Of a stretch of 64,000 nt of DNA, positions 24,501-42,339 are shown piece after piece. The DNA is taken from positions 378,262,001 through 378,326,000 of the forward strand of contig OZ024743.1 in NCBI GenBank assembly GCA_964016885.1, given 5' to 3'. Below the pieces are notes generated by a model. The model was not told where the DNA came from, did not search any database, and was given only the letters and a program-made list of their open reading frames with translations. Position numbers and translations under genes: made by a program. This stretch comes from Eledone cirrhosa. Taxonomy: Eukaryota. Each line of letters begins with the position of its first letter. The first letter of the stretch is position 1.

Positions 24501-27500
24501 CCAATGTCACTAACACTACCAATGTCACTAACACTACCAATGTCACTAACCACTACCAATGTCACTAACACTACCAATGTCACTAACACTACCAATGTCA
24601 CTAACCACAACCAATGTCACTAACACTACCAATGTCACTAACACTACCAATGTCACTAACACTACCAATGTCACTAACACTACCAATGTCACTAACACTA
24701 CCAATGTCACTAACACTACCAATGTCACTAATCACTACCAATGTCACTAACACTACCAATGTCACTAACCACTACCAATATCACTAACCACAACCAATGT
24801 CACTAACACTACCAATGTCACTAAGACTACCAATGTCACTAAGACTACCAATGTCACTAACACTACCAATGTCACTAACCACAACCAATGTCACTAACAC
24901 TACCAATGTCACTAACCACTACCAATGTCACTAACCACTACCAATGTCACTAAGACTACCAATATCACTAACCACAACCAATGTCACTAACACTACCAAT
25001 GTCACTAACCACTACCAATGTCACTAAGACTACCAATATCACTAACCACAACCAATGTCACTAACACTACCAATGTCACTAACACGACCAATGTCACTAA
25101 CACTACCAATGTCACTAACCACTACCAATGTCACTAAGACTACCAATATCACTAACCACAACCAATGTCACTAACACTACCAATGTCACTAACCACTACC
25201 AATGTCACTAAGACTACCAATATCACTAACCACAACGAATGTCACTAACACTACCAATGTCACTAACACTACCAATGTCACTAACACTACCAATGTCACT
25301 AACACTACCAATGTCACTAACCACTACCAATGTCACTAAGACTACCAATATCACTAACCACAACCAATGTCACTAACACTACCAATGTCACTAACCACTA
25401 CCAATGTCACTAAGACTACCAATATCACTAACCACAACCAATGTCACTAACACTACCAATGTCACTAACACTACCAATGTCACTAACACTACCAATGTCA
25501 CTAACCACTACCAATGTCACTAAGACTACCAATATCACTAACCACAACCAATGTCACTAACACTACCAATGTCACTAACCACTACCAATGTCACTAAGAC
25601 TACCAATATCACTAACCACAACCAATGTCACTAACACTACCAATGTCACTAACCACTACCAATGTCACTAACCACTACCAATGTTACTAACACTACCAAT
25701 GTCACTAACACTACCAATGTCACTAACACTACCAATGTCACTAACCACTACCAATGTAACTAACACTACCAATGTCACTAAGACTACCAATGTCACTAAC
25801 ACTACCAATGTCACTAACCACTACCAATGTCACTAACACTACAAATGTCACTAACCACTACCAATGTCACTAACACTACCAATGACACTAACACTACCAA
25901 TGTAACTAACACTACCAATGTCACTAAGACTACCAATGTTACTAACACTACCAATGTCACTAACACTACCAATGTCACTAACACTACCAATGTCACTAAC
26001 CACTACCAATGTAACTAACACTACCAATGTCACTAAGACTACCAATGTCACTAACACTACCAATGTCACTAACCACTACCAATGTCACTAACACTACCAA
26101 TGTCACTAAGACTACCAATGTCACTAACACTACCAATGTCACTAACACTACCAATGTCACTAAGACTACCAATGTCACTAACACTACCAATGTCACTAAC
26201 ACTACCAATGTCACTAACACTACCAATGTCACTAACCACAACCAATGTCACTAACACTACCAATGTCACTAACACTACCAATGTCACTAACACTACCAAT
26301 GTCACTAACACTACCAATGTCACTAACACTACCAATGTCACTAACCACAACCAATGTCACTAACACTACCAATGTCACTAAGACTACCAATGTCACTAAC
26401 CACTACCAATGTCACTAACACTACCAATGTCACTAACACTACCAATGTCACTAACACTACCAATGTCACTAACACAACCAATGTCACTAACACTACCAAT
26501 GTCACTAACACTACCAATGTCACTAACACTACCAATGTCACTAACCACTACCAATGTCACTAACACTACCAATGTCACTAACCCTACCAATATCACTAAC
26601 ACTACCAGTATCACTAACACTACCAATGTCACTAACCCTACCAATGTCACTAACACTACCAATGTCACTAACCACTACCAATGTCACTAACACTACCAAT
26701 GTCACTAACACTACCAATGTCACTAACACTACCAATGTCACTAACACTACCAATGTCACTAACACTACCAATGTCACTAACCACTACCAATGTCACTAAC
26801 CACTACCAATGTCACTAACACTACCAATGTCACTAACACTACCAATGTCACTAACACTACCAATGTCACTAACACTACCAATGTCACTAAGACTACCAAT
26901 GTCACTAACCACTACCAATGTCACTAACACTACCAATGTCACTAACCACTACCAATGTCACTAACACTACCAATGTCACTAACACTACCAATGTCACTAA
27001 CACTACCAATGTCACTAACACTACCAATGTCACTAACCACAACCAATGTCACTAACACTACCAATGTCACTAACCACTACCAATGTCACTAACACTACCA
27101 ATGTCACTAACACTACCAATGTAACTAACACTACCAATGTCACTAAGACTACCAATGTTACTAACACTACCAATGTCACTAACACTACCAATGTCACTAA
27201 CACTACCAATGTCACTAACCACTACCAATGTAACTAACACTACCAATGTCACTAAGACTACCAATGTCACTAACACTACCAATGTCACTAACACTACCAA
27301 TGTCACTAACACTACCAATGTCACTAACACTACCAATGTCACTAAGACTACCAATGTCACTAACACTACCAATGTCACTAACACTACCAATGTCACTAAG
27401 ACTACCAATGTTACTAACACTACCAATGTTACTAACACTACCAATGTTACTAACACTACCAATGTCACTAACACTACCAATGTCACTAACACTACCAATG

Positions 27501-30500
27501 TCACTAACACTACCAATGTCACTAACACTACCAATGTCACTAACACTACCAATGTCACTAACACTACCAATGTCACTAACACTACCAATGTCACTAACAC
27601 TACCAATGTCACTAACACTACCAATGTCACTAACACTACCAATGTCACTAACACTACCAATGTCACTAAGACTACCAATGTCACTAACACTACCAATGTC
27701 ACTAACACTACCAATGTCACTAACACTACCAATGTCACTAACACTACCAATGTCACTAACACTACCAATGCCACTAACACTACCAATGTCACTAACACTA
27801 CCAATGTCACTAACACTACCAATGTCACTAACCACTACCAATGTCACTAAGACTACCAATGTCACTAACACTACCAATGTCACTAACACAACCAATGTCA
27901 CTAACACTACCAATGTCACTAACCACTACCAATGTCACTAACACTACCAATGTCACTAACCACTACCAATGTCACTAACCACTACCAATGTCACTAACCA
28001 CTACCAATGTCACTAAGACTACCAATGTCACTAACCACTACCAATGTCACTAACACTACCAATGTCACTAACACTACCAATGTCACTAAGACTACCAATG
28101 TCACTAACACTACCAATGTCACTAACCACTACCAATGTCACTAACACTACCAATGTCACTAAGACTACCAATGTCACTAACACTACCAATGTCACTAACA
28201 CTACCAATGTCACTAACACTACCAATGTCACTAACACTACCAATGTCACTAACACTACCAATGTCACTAACCACTACCGATGTCACTAACACTACCAATG
28301 TCACTAACCACTACCAATGTCACTAACACTACCAATGTCACTAACCCTACCAATATCACTAACACTACCAGTATCACTAACACTACCAATGTCACTAACC
28401 CTACCAATGTCACTAACACTACCAATGTCACTAACCACTACCAATGTCACTAACACTACCAATGTCACTAACACTACCAATGTCACTAACACTACCAATG
28501 TCACTAACACAACCAATGTCACTAACACTACCAATGTCACTAACACAACCAATGTCACTAACACTACCAATGTCACTAACACTACCAATGTCACTAACAC
28601 TACCAATGTCACTAACCACTACCAATGTCACTAACACTACCAATGTCACTAACCCTACCAATATCACTAACACTACCAGTGTCACTAACACTACCAATGT
28701 CACTAACCCTACCAATGTCAATAACACTACCAATGTCACTAACCACTACCAATGTCACTAACACTACCAATGTCACTAACACAACCAATGTCACTAACAC
28801 AACCAATGTCATTAACACTACCAATTTCACTAACACTACCAATGCCACTAACACTACCAATGTTACTAACACTACCAATGTCACTAAGACTACCAATGTC
28901 ACTAACCACTACCAATGTCACTAACACTACCAATGTCACTAACCACTACCAATGTCACTAACCACTACCAATGTCACTAACACTACCAATGTCACTAACC
29001 ACTACCAATGTCACTAACCACTACCAATGTCACTAACACTACCAATGTCACTAACACTACCAATGTCACTAACCACTACCAATGTCACTAACCACTACCA
29101 ATGTCACTAACCACTGCCAATGTCACTAACACTATCAATGTCACTAACCACTACCAATGTCACTAACCACTACCAATGACACTAACACTACCAATGTTAC
29201 TAACACTACCAATGTCACTAACACTACCAATGTCACTAACCACTACCAATGTCACTAACACTACCAATGTCACTAACACTACCAATGTCACTAACACTAC
29301 CAATGTCACTAACCACAACTAATGTCACTAACACTACCAATGTCACTAACCACTACCAATGTCACTAACACTACCAATGTCACTAACACAACCAATGTAA
29401 CTAACACTACCAATGTCACTAAGACTACCAATGTTACTAACACTACCAATGTCACTAACACTACCAATGTCACTAACACTACCAATGTCACTAACCACTA
29501 CCAATGTCACTAACACTACCAATGTTACTAACACTACCAATGTTACTAACACTACCAATGTTACTAACACTACCAATGTCACTAACACTACCAATGTCAC
29601 TAACACTACCAATGTCACTAACACTACCAATGTCACTAACACTACCAATGTCACTAACACTACCAATGTCACTAACACTACCAATGTCACTAACACTACC
29701 AATGTCACTAACACTACCAATGTCACTAACACTACCAATGTCACTAACCACTACCAATGTCACTAACCACTACCAATGTCACTAAGACTACCAATGTCAC
29801 TAACCACTACCAATGTCACTAACACTACCAATGTCACTAACACTACCAATGTCACTAAGACTACCAATGTCACTAACACTACCAATGTCACTAACCACTA
29901 CCAATGTCACTAACACTACCAATGTCACTAACACTACCAATGTCACTAACACTACCAATGTCACTAACACTACCAATGTCACTAACACTACCAATGTCAC
30001 TAACACTACCAATGTCACTAACACTACCGATGTCACTAATACTACCAATGTCACTAACACTACCAATGTCACTAACACTACCAATGTCACTAACACTACC
30101 AATGTCACTAACACTACCAATGTCACTAACACTACCAATGTCACTAACCACAACCAATGTCACTAACACTACCAATGTCACTAAGACTACCAATGTCACT
30201 AACCACTACCAATGTCACTAACACTACCAATGTCACTAACACTACCAATGTCACTAACACTACCAATGTCACTAACACAACCAATGTCACTAACACCACC
30301 AATGTCACTAACACTACCAATGTCACTAACACTACCAATGTCACTAACCACTACCAATGTCACTAACACTACCAATGTCACTAACCCTACCAATATCACT
30401 AACACTACCAGTATCACTAACACTACCAATGTCACTAACCCTACCAATGTCACTAACACTACCAATGTCACTAACCACTACCAATGTCACTAACCACTAC

Positions 30501-33500
30501 CAATGTCACTAACACTACCAATGTCACTAACACTACCGATGTCACTAACACTACCAATGTCACTAACACAACCAATGTCACTAACACTACCAATGTCACT
30601 AACACAACCAATGTCACTAACACTACCAATGTCACTAACACTACCAATGTCACTAACACTACCAATGTCACTAACCACTACCAATGTCACTAACACTACC
30701 AATGTCACTAACCCTACCAATATCACTAACACTACCAGTGTCACTAACACTACCAATGTCACTAACACTACCAATGTCACTAACCCTACCAATGTCACTA
30801 ACACTACCAATGTCACTAACCACTACCAATGTCACTAACACTACCAATGTCACTAACCACTACCAATGTCACTAACACAACCAATGTCACTAACACTACC
30901 AATTTCACTAACACTACCAATGCCACTAACACTACCAATGTTACTAACACTACCAATGTCACTAAGACTACCAATGTCACTAACCACTACCAATGTCACT
31001 AACACTACCAATGTCACTAACACTACCAATGTCACTAACACTACCAATGTCACTAACACTACCAATGTCACTAAGACTACCAATGTCACTAACCACTACC
31101 AATGTCACTAACACTACCAATGTCACTAACCACTACCAATGTCACTAACACTACCAATGTCACTAACCACTACCAATGTCACTAACCACTACCAATGTCA
31201 CTAACACTACCAATGTCACTAACACTACCAATGTCACTAACATTACCAATGTCACTAACCACTACCAATGTCACTAACCACTACCAATGTCACTAACCAC
31301 TACCAATGTCACTAACACTATCAATGTCACTAACCACTACCAATGTCACTAACCACTACCAATGTCACTAACACTACCAATGTCACTAACACTACCAATG
31401 TCACTAACACTACCAATGTCACTAACCACAACCAATGTCACTAACACTACCAATGTCACTAACCACTACCAATGTCACTAACACTACCAATGTCACTAAC
31501 ACTACCAATGTCACTAACACTACCAATGTCACTAACCACTAGCAATGTCACTAACACTACCAATGTCACTAATACTACCAATGTCACTAACACTACCAAT
31601 GTCACTAACACTACCAATGTCACTAACACTACCAATGTCACTAACCACTACCAATGCCACTAACCACTACCAAAGTCACTAACACTACCAATGTCACTAA
31701 CACTACCAATGTCACTAACCACTACCAATGTCACTAATACTACCAATGTCACTAACACTACCAATGTCACTAACACTACCAATGTCACGAACACTACCAA
31801 TGTCACTAACTACTACCAATGCCACTAACACTACCAATGTCACTAACACTACCAATGTCACTAACCACTACCAATGTTACTAACACTACCAATGTCACTA
31901 ACACTACCAATGTCACTAACACTACCAATGTCACTAACACTACCAATGTCACTAACCACTACCAATGTTACTAACACTACCAATGTCACTAAGACTACCA
32001 ATGTCACTAACCCTACCAATGTCACTAACACTACCAATGTCACTAACCACTACCAATGTCACTAACCACTACCAATGTCACTAACATTACCAATGTCACT
32101 AATACTACCAATGTCACTAACACTACCAATGTCACTAACACTACTAATTTCACTAACACTACCAATGTCACTAACACTACCAATGTCACTAACACTACCA
32201 ATGTTACTAACACTACCAATGTCACTAAGACTACCAATGTCACTAACCACTACCAATGTCACTAACACTACCAATGTCACTAACCACTACCAATGCCACT
32301 AACACTACCAATGTAACTAACACTACCAATGTCACTAACACTACCAATGTCACTAACACTACCAATGTCACTAAGACTACCAATGTCACTAACCGCTACC
32401 AATGTCACTAACACTACCAATGTCACTAACCACTACCAATGTCACTAACACTACCAATGTCACTAACCACTACCAATGTCACTAACACTACCAATGTCAC
32501 TAACCACTACCAATGTCACTAACAGTACCAATTTCACTAACACTACCAATGTCACTAATACTACCAATGTCACTCACACTACCAATGTCACTAACCACTA
32601 CCAATGTTACTAACACTACCAATGTTACTAACACTACCAATGTCACTAACACTACCAATGTCACTAACCACTACCAATGTCACTAACACTACCAATGTCA
32701 CTAACACTTCCAATGTCACTAACCACTACCAATGTCACTAACCACTACCAATGTCACTAACACTACCAATGTCACTAACACTACCAATGTCACTAAGACT
32801 ACCAATGTCACTAACACTACCAATGTCACTAACACTACCAATGTCACTAACACTACCAATGTCACTAATACTACCAATGTCACTAACCACTACCAATGTC
32901 ACTAACACTACCAATGTCACTAACACTTCCAATGTCACTAACCACTACCAATGTCACTAACCACTACCAATGTCACTAACACTACCAATGTCACTAACAC
33001 TACCAATGTCACTAACACTACCAATGTCACTAACCACTACCGATGTCACTAACACTACCAATGTCACTAACACTACCAATGTCACTAACACTACCAATGT
33101 CACTAACACTACCAATGTCACTAACCACTACCAATGTCACTAACACTACCAATGTCACTAACACTACTAATTTCACTAACACTACCAATGCCACTAACAC
33201 TACCAATGTTACTAACACTACCAATGTCACTAAGACTACCAATGTCACTAACCACTACCAATGTCACTAACACTACCAATGTCACTAACCACTACCAATG
33301 TCACTAACACTACCAATGTCACTAACCCTACCAATATCACTAACACTACCAGTGTCACTAACACTACCAATGTCACTAACCCTACCAATGTCACTAACAC
33401 TACCAATGTCACTAACCACTACCAATGTCACTAACACTACCAATGTCACTAACCACAACCAATGTCACTAACACTACCAATGTCACTAACCACTACCAAT

Positions 33501-36500
33501 GTCACTAACACAACCAATGTCACTAACACTACCAATTTCACTAACACTACCAATGCCACTAACACTACCAATGTTACTAACACTACCAATGTCACTAAGA
33601 CTACCAATGTCACTAACCACTACCAATGTCACTAACACTACCAATGTCACTAACACTACCAATGTCACTAACACTACCAATGTCACTAACACTACCAATG
33701 TCACTAAGACTACCAATGTCACTAACCACTACCAATGTCACTAACACTACCAATGTCACTAACCACTACCAATGTCACTAACACTACCAATGTCACTAAC
33801 CACTACCAATGTCACTAACCACTACCAATGTCACTAACACTACCAATGTCACTAACACTACCAATGTCACTAACACTACCAATGTCACTAACCACTACCA
33901 ATGTCACTAACCACTACCAATGTCACTAACCACTACCAATGTCACTAACCACTACCAATGTCACTAACACTATCAATGTCACTAACACTATCAATGTCAC
34001 TAACCACTACCAATGTCACTAACCACTACCAATGTCACTAACACTACCAATGTCACTAACACTACCAATGTCACTAACACTACCAATGTCACTAACACTA
34101 CCAATGTCACTAACCACAACCAATGTCACTAACACTACCAATGTCACTAACCACTACCAATGTCACTAACACTACCAATGTCACTAACACTACCAATGTC
34201 ACTAACACTACCAATGTCACTAACCACTAGCAATGTCACTAACACTACCAATGTCACTAATACTACCAATGTCACTAATACTACCAATGTCACTAACACT
34301 ACCAATGTCACTAACACTACCAATGTCACTAACACTACCAATGTCACTAACACTACCAATGCCACTAACCACTACCAATGTCACTAACACTACCAATGTC
34401 ACTAACACTACCAATGTCACTAACACTACCAATGTCACTAACCACTACCAATGTCACTAATACTACCAATGTCACTAACACTACCAATGTCACTAACACT
34501 ACCAATGTCACTAACACTACCAATGTCACTAACTACTACCAATGCCACTAACACTACCAATGTCACTAACACTACCAATGTCACTAACCACTACCAATGT
34601 TACTAACACTACCAATGTCACTAACACTACCAATGTCACTAACACTACCAATGTCACTAACACTACCAATGTCACTAACCACTACCAATGTTACTAACAC
34701 TACCAATGTCACTAAGACTACCAATGTCACTAACCCTACCAATGTCACTAACACTACCAATGTCACTAACCACTACCAATGTCACTAACCACTACCAATG
34801 TCACTAACATTACCAATGTCACTAATACTACCAATGTCACTAACACTACCAATGTCACTAACACTACTAATTTCACTAACACTACCAATGCCACTAACAC
34901 TACCAATGTTACTAACACTACCAATGTCACTAAGACTACCAATGTCACTAACCACTACCAATGTCACTAACACTACCAATGTCACTAACCACTACCAATG
35001 CCACTAACACTACCAATGTAACTAACACTACCAATGTCACTAACACTACCAATATCACTAACACTACCAATGTCACTAAGACTACCAATGTCACTAACCG
35101 CTACCAATGTCACTAACACTACCAATGTCACTAACCACTACCAATGTCACTAACACTACCAATGTCACTAACCACTACCAATGTCACTAACACTACCAAT
35201 GTCACTAACCACTACCAATGTCACTAACAGTACCAATGTCACTAACACTACCAATGTCACTAATACTACCAATGTCACTCACACTACCAATGTCACTAAC
35301 CACTACCAATGTCACTAACCACTACCAATGTCACTAACACTACCAATGTCACTAACACTACCAATTTCACTAACACTACCAATGTCACTAACCACTACCA
35401 ATGCCACTAACCACTACCAATGTCACTAACACTACAAATGTCACTAACACTACCAATGTCACTAAGACTACCGATGTCACTAACCACTACCAATGTTACT
35501 AACACTACCAATGTCACTAACACTACCAATGTCACTAACCACTACCAATGTTACTAACACTACCAATGTTACTAACACTACCAATGTCACTAACACTACC
35601 AATGTCACTAACCACTACCAATGTCACTAACACTACCAATGTCACTAACACTTCCAATGTCACTAACCACTACCAATGTCACTAACCACTACCAATGTCA
35701 CTAACACTACCAATGTCACTAACACTACCAATGTCACTAAGACTACCAATGTCACTAACACTACCAATGTCACTAACACTACCAATGTCACTAACACTAC
35801 CAATGTCACTAACACTACCAATGTCACTAACCACTACCAATGTCACTAACACTACCAATGTCACTAACACTTCCAATGTCACTAACCACTACCAATGTCA
35901 CTAACACTACCAATGTCACTAACACTACCAATGTCACTAACACTACCAATGTCACTAACACTACCAATGTCACTAACAACTACCGATGTCACTAACACTA
36001 CCAATGTCACTAACACTACCAATGTCACTAACCACTACCAATGTCACTAACCACTACCAATGTCACTAACCACTACCAATGTCACTAACCACTACCAATG
36101 TCACTAACACTACCAATGTCACTAACACTACCAATGTCACTAACACTACCAATGTCACTAACACTACCAATGTCACTAACACTACCAATGTCACTAACAC
36201 TACCAATGTCACTAACCACTACCAATGTCACTAACACTACCAATGTCACTAACCACTACCAATGTCACTAACCACTACCAATGTTACTAACACTACCAAT
36301 GTCACTAACCACTACCAATGCCACTAACACTACCAATGTCACTAACACTACCAATGTCACTAACACTACCAATGTCACTAACCACTACCAATGTCACTAA
36401 CACTACCAATGTCACTAACCACTACCAATGTCACTAACACTACCAATGTCACTAACCACTACCAATGTCACTAACACTACCAATGTCACTAACACTACCA

Positions 36501-39500
36501 ATGTCACTAACACTACCAATGTCACTAACCACTACCAATGTCACTAACACTACCAATGTCACTAACACTACCAATGTCACTAATACTACCAATGTCACTC
36601 ACACTACCAACGTCACTAACCACTACCAATGTCACTCACACTACCAATGTCACTAACACTACCAATGTCACTAACACTACCAATGTCACTAACACTACCA
36701 ATGTCACTAACCACTACCAATGTCACTAACACTACCAATGTCAATAACACTACCAATGTCACTAACCACTATCAATGTCACTAACCACTACCAATGTCAC
36801 TAACACTACCAATGTCACTAACACTACCAATGTCACTAACACTACCAATGTCACTAACACTACCAATGTCACTAACACTACCAATGTCACTAACACTACC
36901 AATGTCACTAACCACTACCAATGTCACTAACACTACCAATGTCACTAACCACTACCAATGTCACTAACCACTACCAATGTTACTAACACTACCAATGTCA
37001 CTAACCACTACCAATGCCACTAACACTACCAATGTCACTAACACTACCAATGTCACTAACACTACCAATGTCACTAACCACTACCAATGTCACTAACACT
37101 ACCAATGTCACTAACCACTACCAATGTCACTAACACTACCAATGTCACTAACCACTACCAATGTCACTAACACTACCAATGTCACTAACACTACCAATGT
37201 CACTAACACTACCAATGTCACTCACACTACCAATGTCACTAACCACTACCAATGTCACTAACACTACCAATGTCACTAACACTACCAATGTCACTAACAC
37301 TACCAATTTCACTAACACTACCAATGTCACTAACCACTACCAATGCCACTAACCACTACCAATGTCACTAACACTACCAATGTCACTAACACTACCAATG
37401 TCACTAACACTACCAATGTCACTAACCACTACCAATGTTACTAACACTACCAATGTTACTAACACTACCAATGTCACTAACACTACCAATGTCACTAACC
37501 ACTACCAATGTCACTAACACTACCAATGCCACTAACACTACCAATGTCACTAACACTTCCAATGTCACTAACACTACCAATGTCACTAACACTACCAATG
37601 TCACTAACCACTACCAATGTCACTAACACTACCAATGTCACTAACACTACCAATGTCACTAACACTACCAATGTCACTAACACTACCAATTTCACTAACA
37701 CTACCAATGTCACTAACACTACCAATGTCACTAACCACTACCAATGTCACTAACACTACCAATGTCACTAACACTACCAATGTCACTAACACTACCAATG
37801 TCACTAACCACAACCAATGTCACTAACACTACCAATGTCACTAACACTACCAATGTCACTAACACTACCAATGTCACTAACACTACCAATGTCACTAACA
37901 CTACCAATGTCACTAACCACTACCAATGTCACTAACACTACCAATGTCACTAACACTACCAATGTCACTAACACTACCAATGTCACTAACACTACCAATG
38001 TCACTAACACTATCAATGTCACTAACACTACCAATGTCACTAACACTACCAATGTCACTAACCACAACCAATGTCACTAACACTACCAATGTCACTAAGA
38101 CTACCAATGTCACTAACCACTACCAATGTCACTAACACTACCAATGTCACTAACACTACCAATGTCACTAACACTACCAATGACACTAACACTACCAATG
38201 TTACTAACACTACCAATGTCACTAAGACTACCAATGTCACTAACCACTACCAATGTCACTAACACTACCAATGTCACTAACACTACCAATGTCACTAACA
38301 CTACCAATGCCACTAACACTACCAATGTCACTAACACTACCAATGTCACTAACACTACCAATGTCACTAACCACTACCAATGTCACTAACACTACCAATG
38401 TCACTAACACTACCAATGTCACTAACCACTACCAATGTCACTAACACTACCAATGTCACTAACACTACCAATGTCACTAACCACTACCAATGTCACTAAC
38501 CACTACCAATGTCACTAACCACTACCAATGTCACTAACCACTACCAATGTTACTAACACTACCAATGTCACTAACCACTACCAATGTCACTAACACTACC
38601 AATGTCACTAACACTACCAATGTCACTAACACTACCAATGACACTAACACTACCAATGTCACTAACACTACCAATGTCACTAACACTACCAATGTCACTA
38701 ACCACTACCAATGTCACTAACCACTACCAATGTCACTAACCACTACCAATGACACTAACACTACCAATGTCACTAACCACTACCAATGTCACTAACACTA
38801 CCAATGTCACTAACACTACCAATGACACTAACACTACCAATGTCACTAACCACTACCAATGTCACTAACCACTACCAATGTCACTAACCACTACCAATGT
38901 CACTAACCCCTACCAATGTTACTAACACTACCAATGTCACTAACACTACCAATGTCACTAACACTACCAATGTCACTAACACTACCAATGTCACTAACAC
39001 TACCAATGTCACTAACACTACCAATGTCACTAACACTTCCAATGCCACTAACACTACCAATGCCACTAACACTACCAATGTCACTAACACTACCAATGTC
39101 ACTAACCACTACCAATGTCACTAACCACTACCAATGTCACTAACCACTACCAATGTCACTAACCACTACCAATGACACTAACACTACCAATGTCACTAAC
39201 ACTACCAATGTCACTAACACTACCAATGTCACTAACACTACCAATGTCACTAACACTACCAATGACACTAACACTACCAATGTCACTAACCACTACCAAT
39301 GTCACTAACACTACCAATGTCACTAACACTACCAATGTCACTAACCACTACCAATGACACTAACACTACCAATGTCACTAACACTACCAATGTCACTAAC
39401 ACTACCAATGTCACTAACCACTACCAATGTCACTAACCACTACCAATGTCACTAACACTACCAATGTCACTAACACTACCAATGTCACTAACACTACCAA

Positions 39501-42259
39501 TGTCACTAACCACTACCAATGTCACTAACACTACCAATGACACTAACACTACCAATGTCACTAACCACTACCAATGTCACTAACCACTACCAATGTCACT
39601 AACCACTACCAATGTCACTAACCACTACCAATGTCACTAACCACTACCAATGTCACTAACCACTACCAATGACACTAACACTACCAATGTCACTAACACT
39701 ACCAATGTCACTAACACTACCAATGTCACTAACACTACCAATGTCACTAACACTACCAATGACACTAACACTACCAATGTCACTAACCACTACCAATGTC
39801 ACTAACCACTACCAATGACACTAACACTATCAATGTCACTAACACTACCAATGTCACTAACACTACCAATGTCACTAACACTACCAATGTCACTATACCA
39901 CTACCAATGTCACTAACACTACCAATGACACTAACACTACCAATGTCACTAACCACTACCAATGTCACTAACCACTACCAATGTCACTAACCACTACCAA
40001 TGTTACTAACACTACCAATGTCACTAACACTACCAATGTCACTAACACTACCAATGTCACTAACACTACCAATGTCACTAACACTACCAATGTCACTAAC
40101 CACAACCAATGTCACTAACACAACCAATGTCACTAACACTACCAATGTCACTAACACTACCAATGTCACTAACACTACCAATGTCACTAACACTACCAAT
40201 GTCACTAACACTACCAATGACACTAACACTACCAATGTCACTAACACTACCAATGTCACTAACACTACCAATGTCACTAACCACTACCAATGTAACTAAC
40301 ACTACCAATGTCACTAACACTACCAATGTCACTAACACTACCAATGTCACTAACACTACCAATGTCACTAACACTACCAATGTCACTAACACTACCAATG
40401 TCACTAACCACTACCAATGTCACTAACCACAACCAATGTCACTAACACTACCAATGTCACTAACACTACCAATGTCACTAACCACTACCAATGTCACTAA
40501 CCACTACCAATGTCACTAACACTACCAATGTCACTAACACTACCAATGTCACTAACACTACCAATGTCACTAACACTACCAATGTCACTAACCACTACCA
40601 ATGTCACTAACCACTACCAATGTAACTAACACTACCAATGTCACTAACACTACCAATGTCACTAACACTACCAATGTCACTAACACTACCAATGTCACTA
40701 ACACTACCAATGTCACTAACCACTACCAATGTCACTAACACTACCAATGTCACTAACACTACCAATGTCACTAACACTACCAATGTCACTAACACTACCA
40801 ATGTCACTAACCACTACCAATGTCACTAACACTACCAATGTCACTAACACTACCAATGTCACTAACCACTACCAATGTCACTAACACTACCAATGTCACT
40901 AACACTACCAATGTCACTAACACTACCAATGTCACTAACACTACCAATGTCACTAACACTACCAATGTCACTAACCACTACCAATGTCACTAACACTACC
41001 AATGTCACTAACACTACCAATGTCACTAACCACTACCAATGTCACTAACACTACCAATGTCACTAACACTACCAATGTCACTAACCACTACCAATGTCAC
41101 TAACACTACCAATGTCACTAACACTACCAATGTCATTAACCACTACCAATGTCACTAACACTACCAATGTCACTAATACTACCAATGTCACTAACCACTA
41201 CCAATGTCACTAACCACTACCAATGTCACTAACACTACCAATGTCACTAACACTACCAATGTCACTAACACTACCAATGTCACTAACACTACCAATGTCA
41301 CTAAGACTACCAATGTCACTAACCACTACCAATGTCACTAACACAACCAATGTCACTAACACTACCAATGTCACTAACGCTACCAATGTCACTAATACTA
41401 CCAATGTCACTAACCACTACCAATGTCACTAACCACTACCAATGTCACTAACACAACCAATGTCACTAACACTACCAATGTCACTAACACTACCAATGTC
41501 ACTAACCACTACCAATGTCACTAACACTACCAATGTCACTAACCACTACCAATGTCACTAACACTACCAATGTCACTAAGACTACCAATGTCACTAACAC
41601 TACCAATGTCACTAACACTACCAATGTCACTAACCACTACCAATGTCACTAACACTACCAACGTAACTAACACTACCAATGTCACTAACACTACCAATGT
41701 CACTAACCACTACCAACGTAACTAACACTACCAATGTCACTAACACTACCAATGTCACTAACACTACCAATGTCACTAACACTACCAATGTCACTAACCA
41801 CTACCAATGTCACTAACCACTACCAATGTCACTAACCACTACCAATGTCACTAACACTACCAATGTCACTAAGACTACCAATGTCACTAACCACTACCAA
41901 TGTCACTAACACTACCAATGTCACTAACACTACCAATGTCACTAAGACTACCAATGTCACTAACATTACCAATGTCACTAACCACTACCAATGTCACTAA
42001 CACTACCAATGTCACTAACACTACCAATGTCACTAACCACTACCAATGTCACTAACCACTACCAATGTCACTAACACTACCAATGTCACTAACACTACCA
42101 ATGTCACTAACCACTACCAATGTCACTAACACTACCAATGTCACTAACACTACCAATGTCACTAACACTACCAATGTCACTAACACTACCAATGTCACTA
42201 ACCACTACCAATGTCACTAACCACTACCAATGTCACTAACACTACCAATGTCACTAACC
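18594..42259. repeat. ~23.7-kb minisatellite of interspersed 18-bp (CACTACCAATGTCACTAA) and 19-bp (CCACTACCAATGTCACTAA / CCACAACC...) units
   Basis: Direct reading; very homogeneous with recurrent point variants (aagact, gacact, gccact, gttact, aaccct) and kb-scale internal duplications. Confidence 0.99.
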
Positions 42260-42339
42260 CCTTGCTATGAACCCTCTGCTCAAATCCAAGTAACCATGTG
42301 AAACATCTTTATTTCACGAATGGAAACCAACTCCTTTTT

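Noticed and set aside
18594-42259. Mucin-like (TNTTNV)n, (MSLTLP)n, (VLVTLV)n and (SDIGSV)n ORFs
   Set aside because: An 18-bp unit is open in several frames by arithmetic; frequent 19-bp units shift into a frame with TAA in every unit, and there is no unique N- or C-terminal domain.
18594-42259. CRISPR array
   Set aside because: No unique spacers, no cas genes, eukaryotic context.
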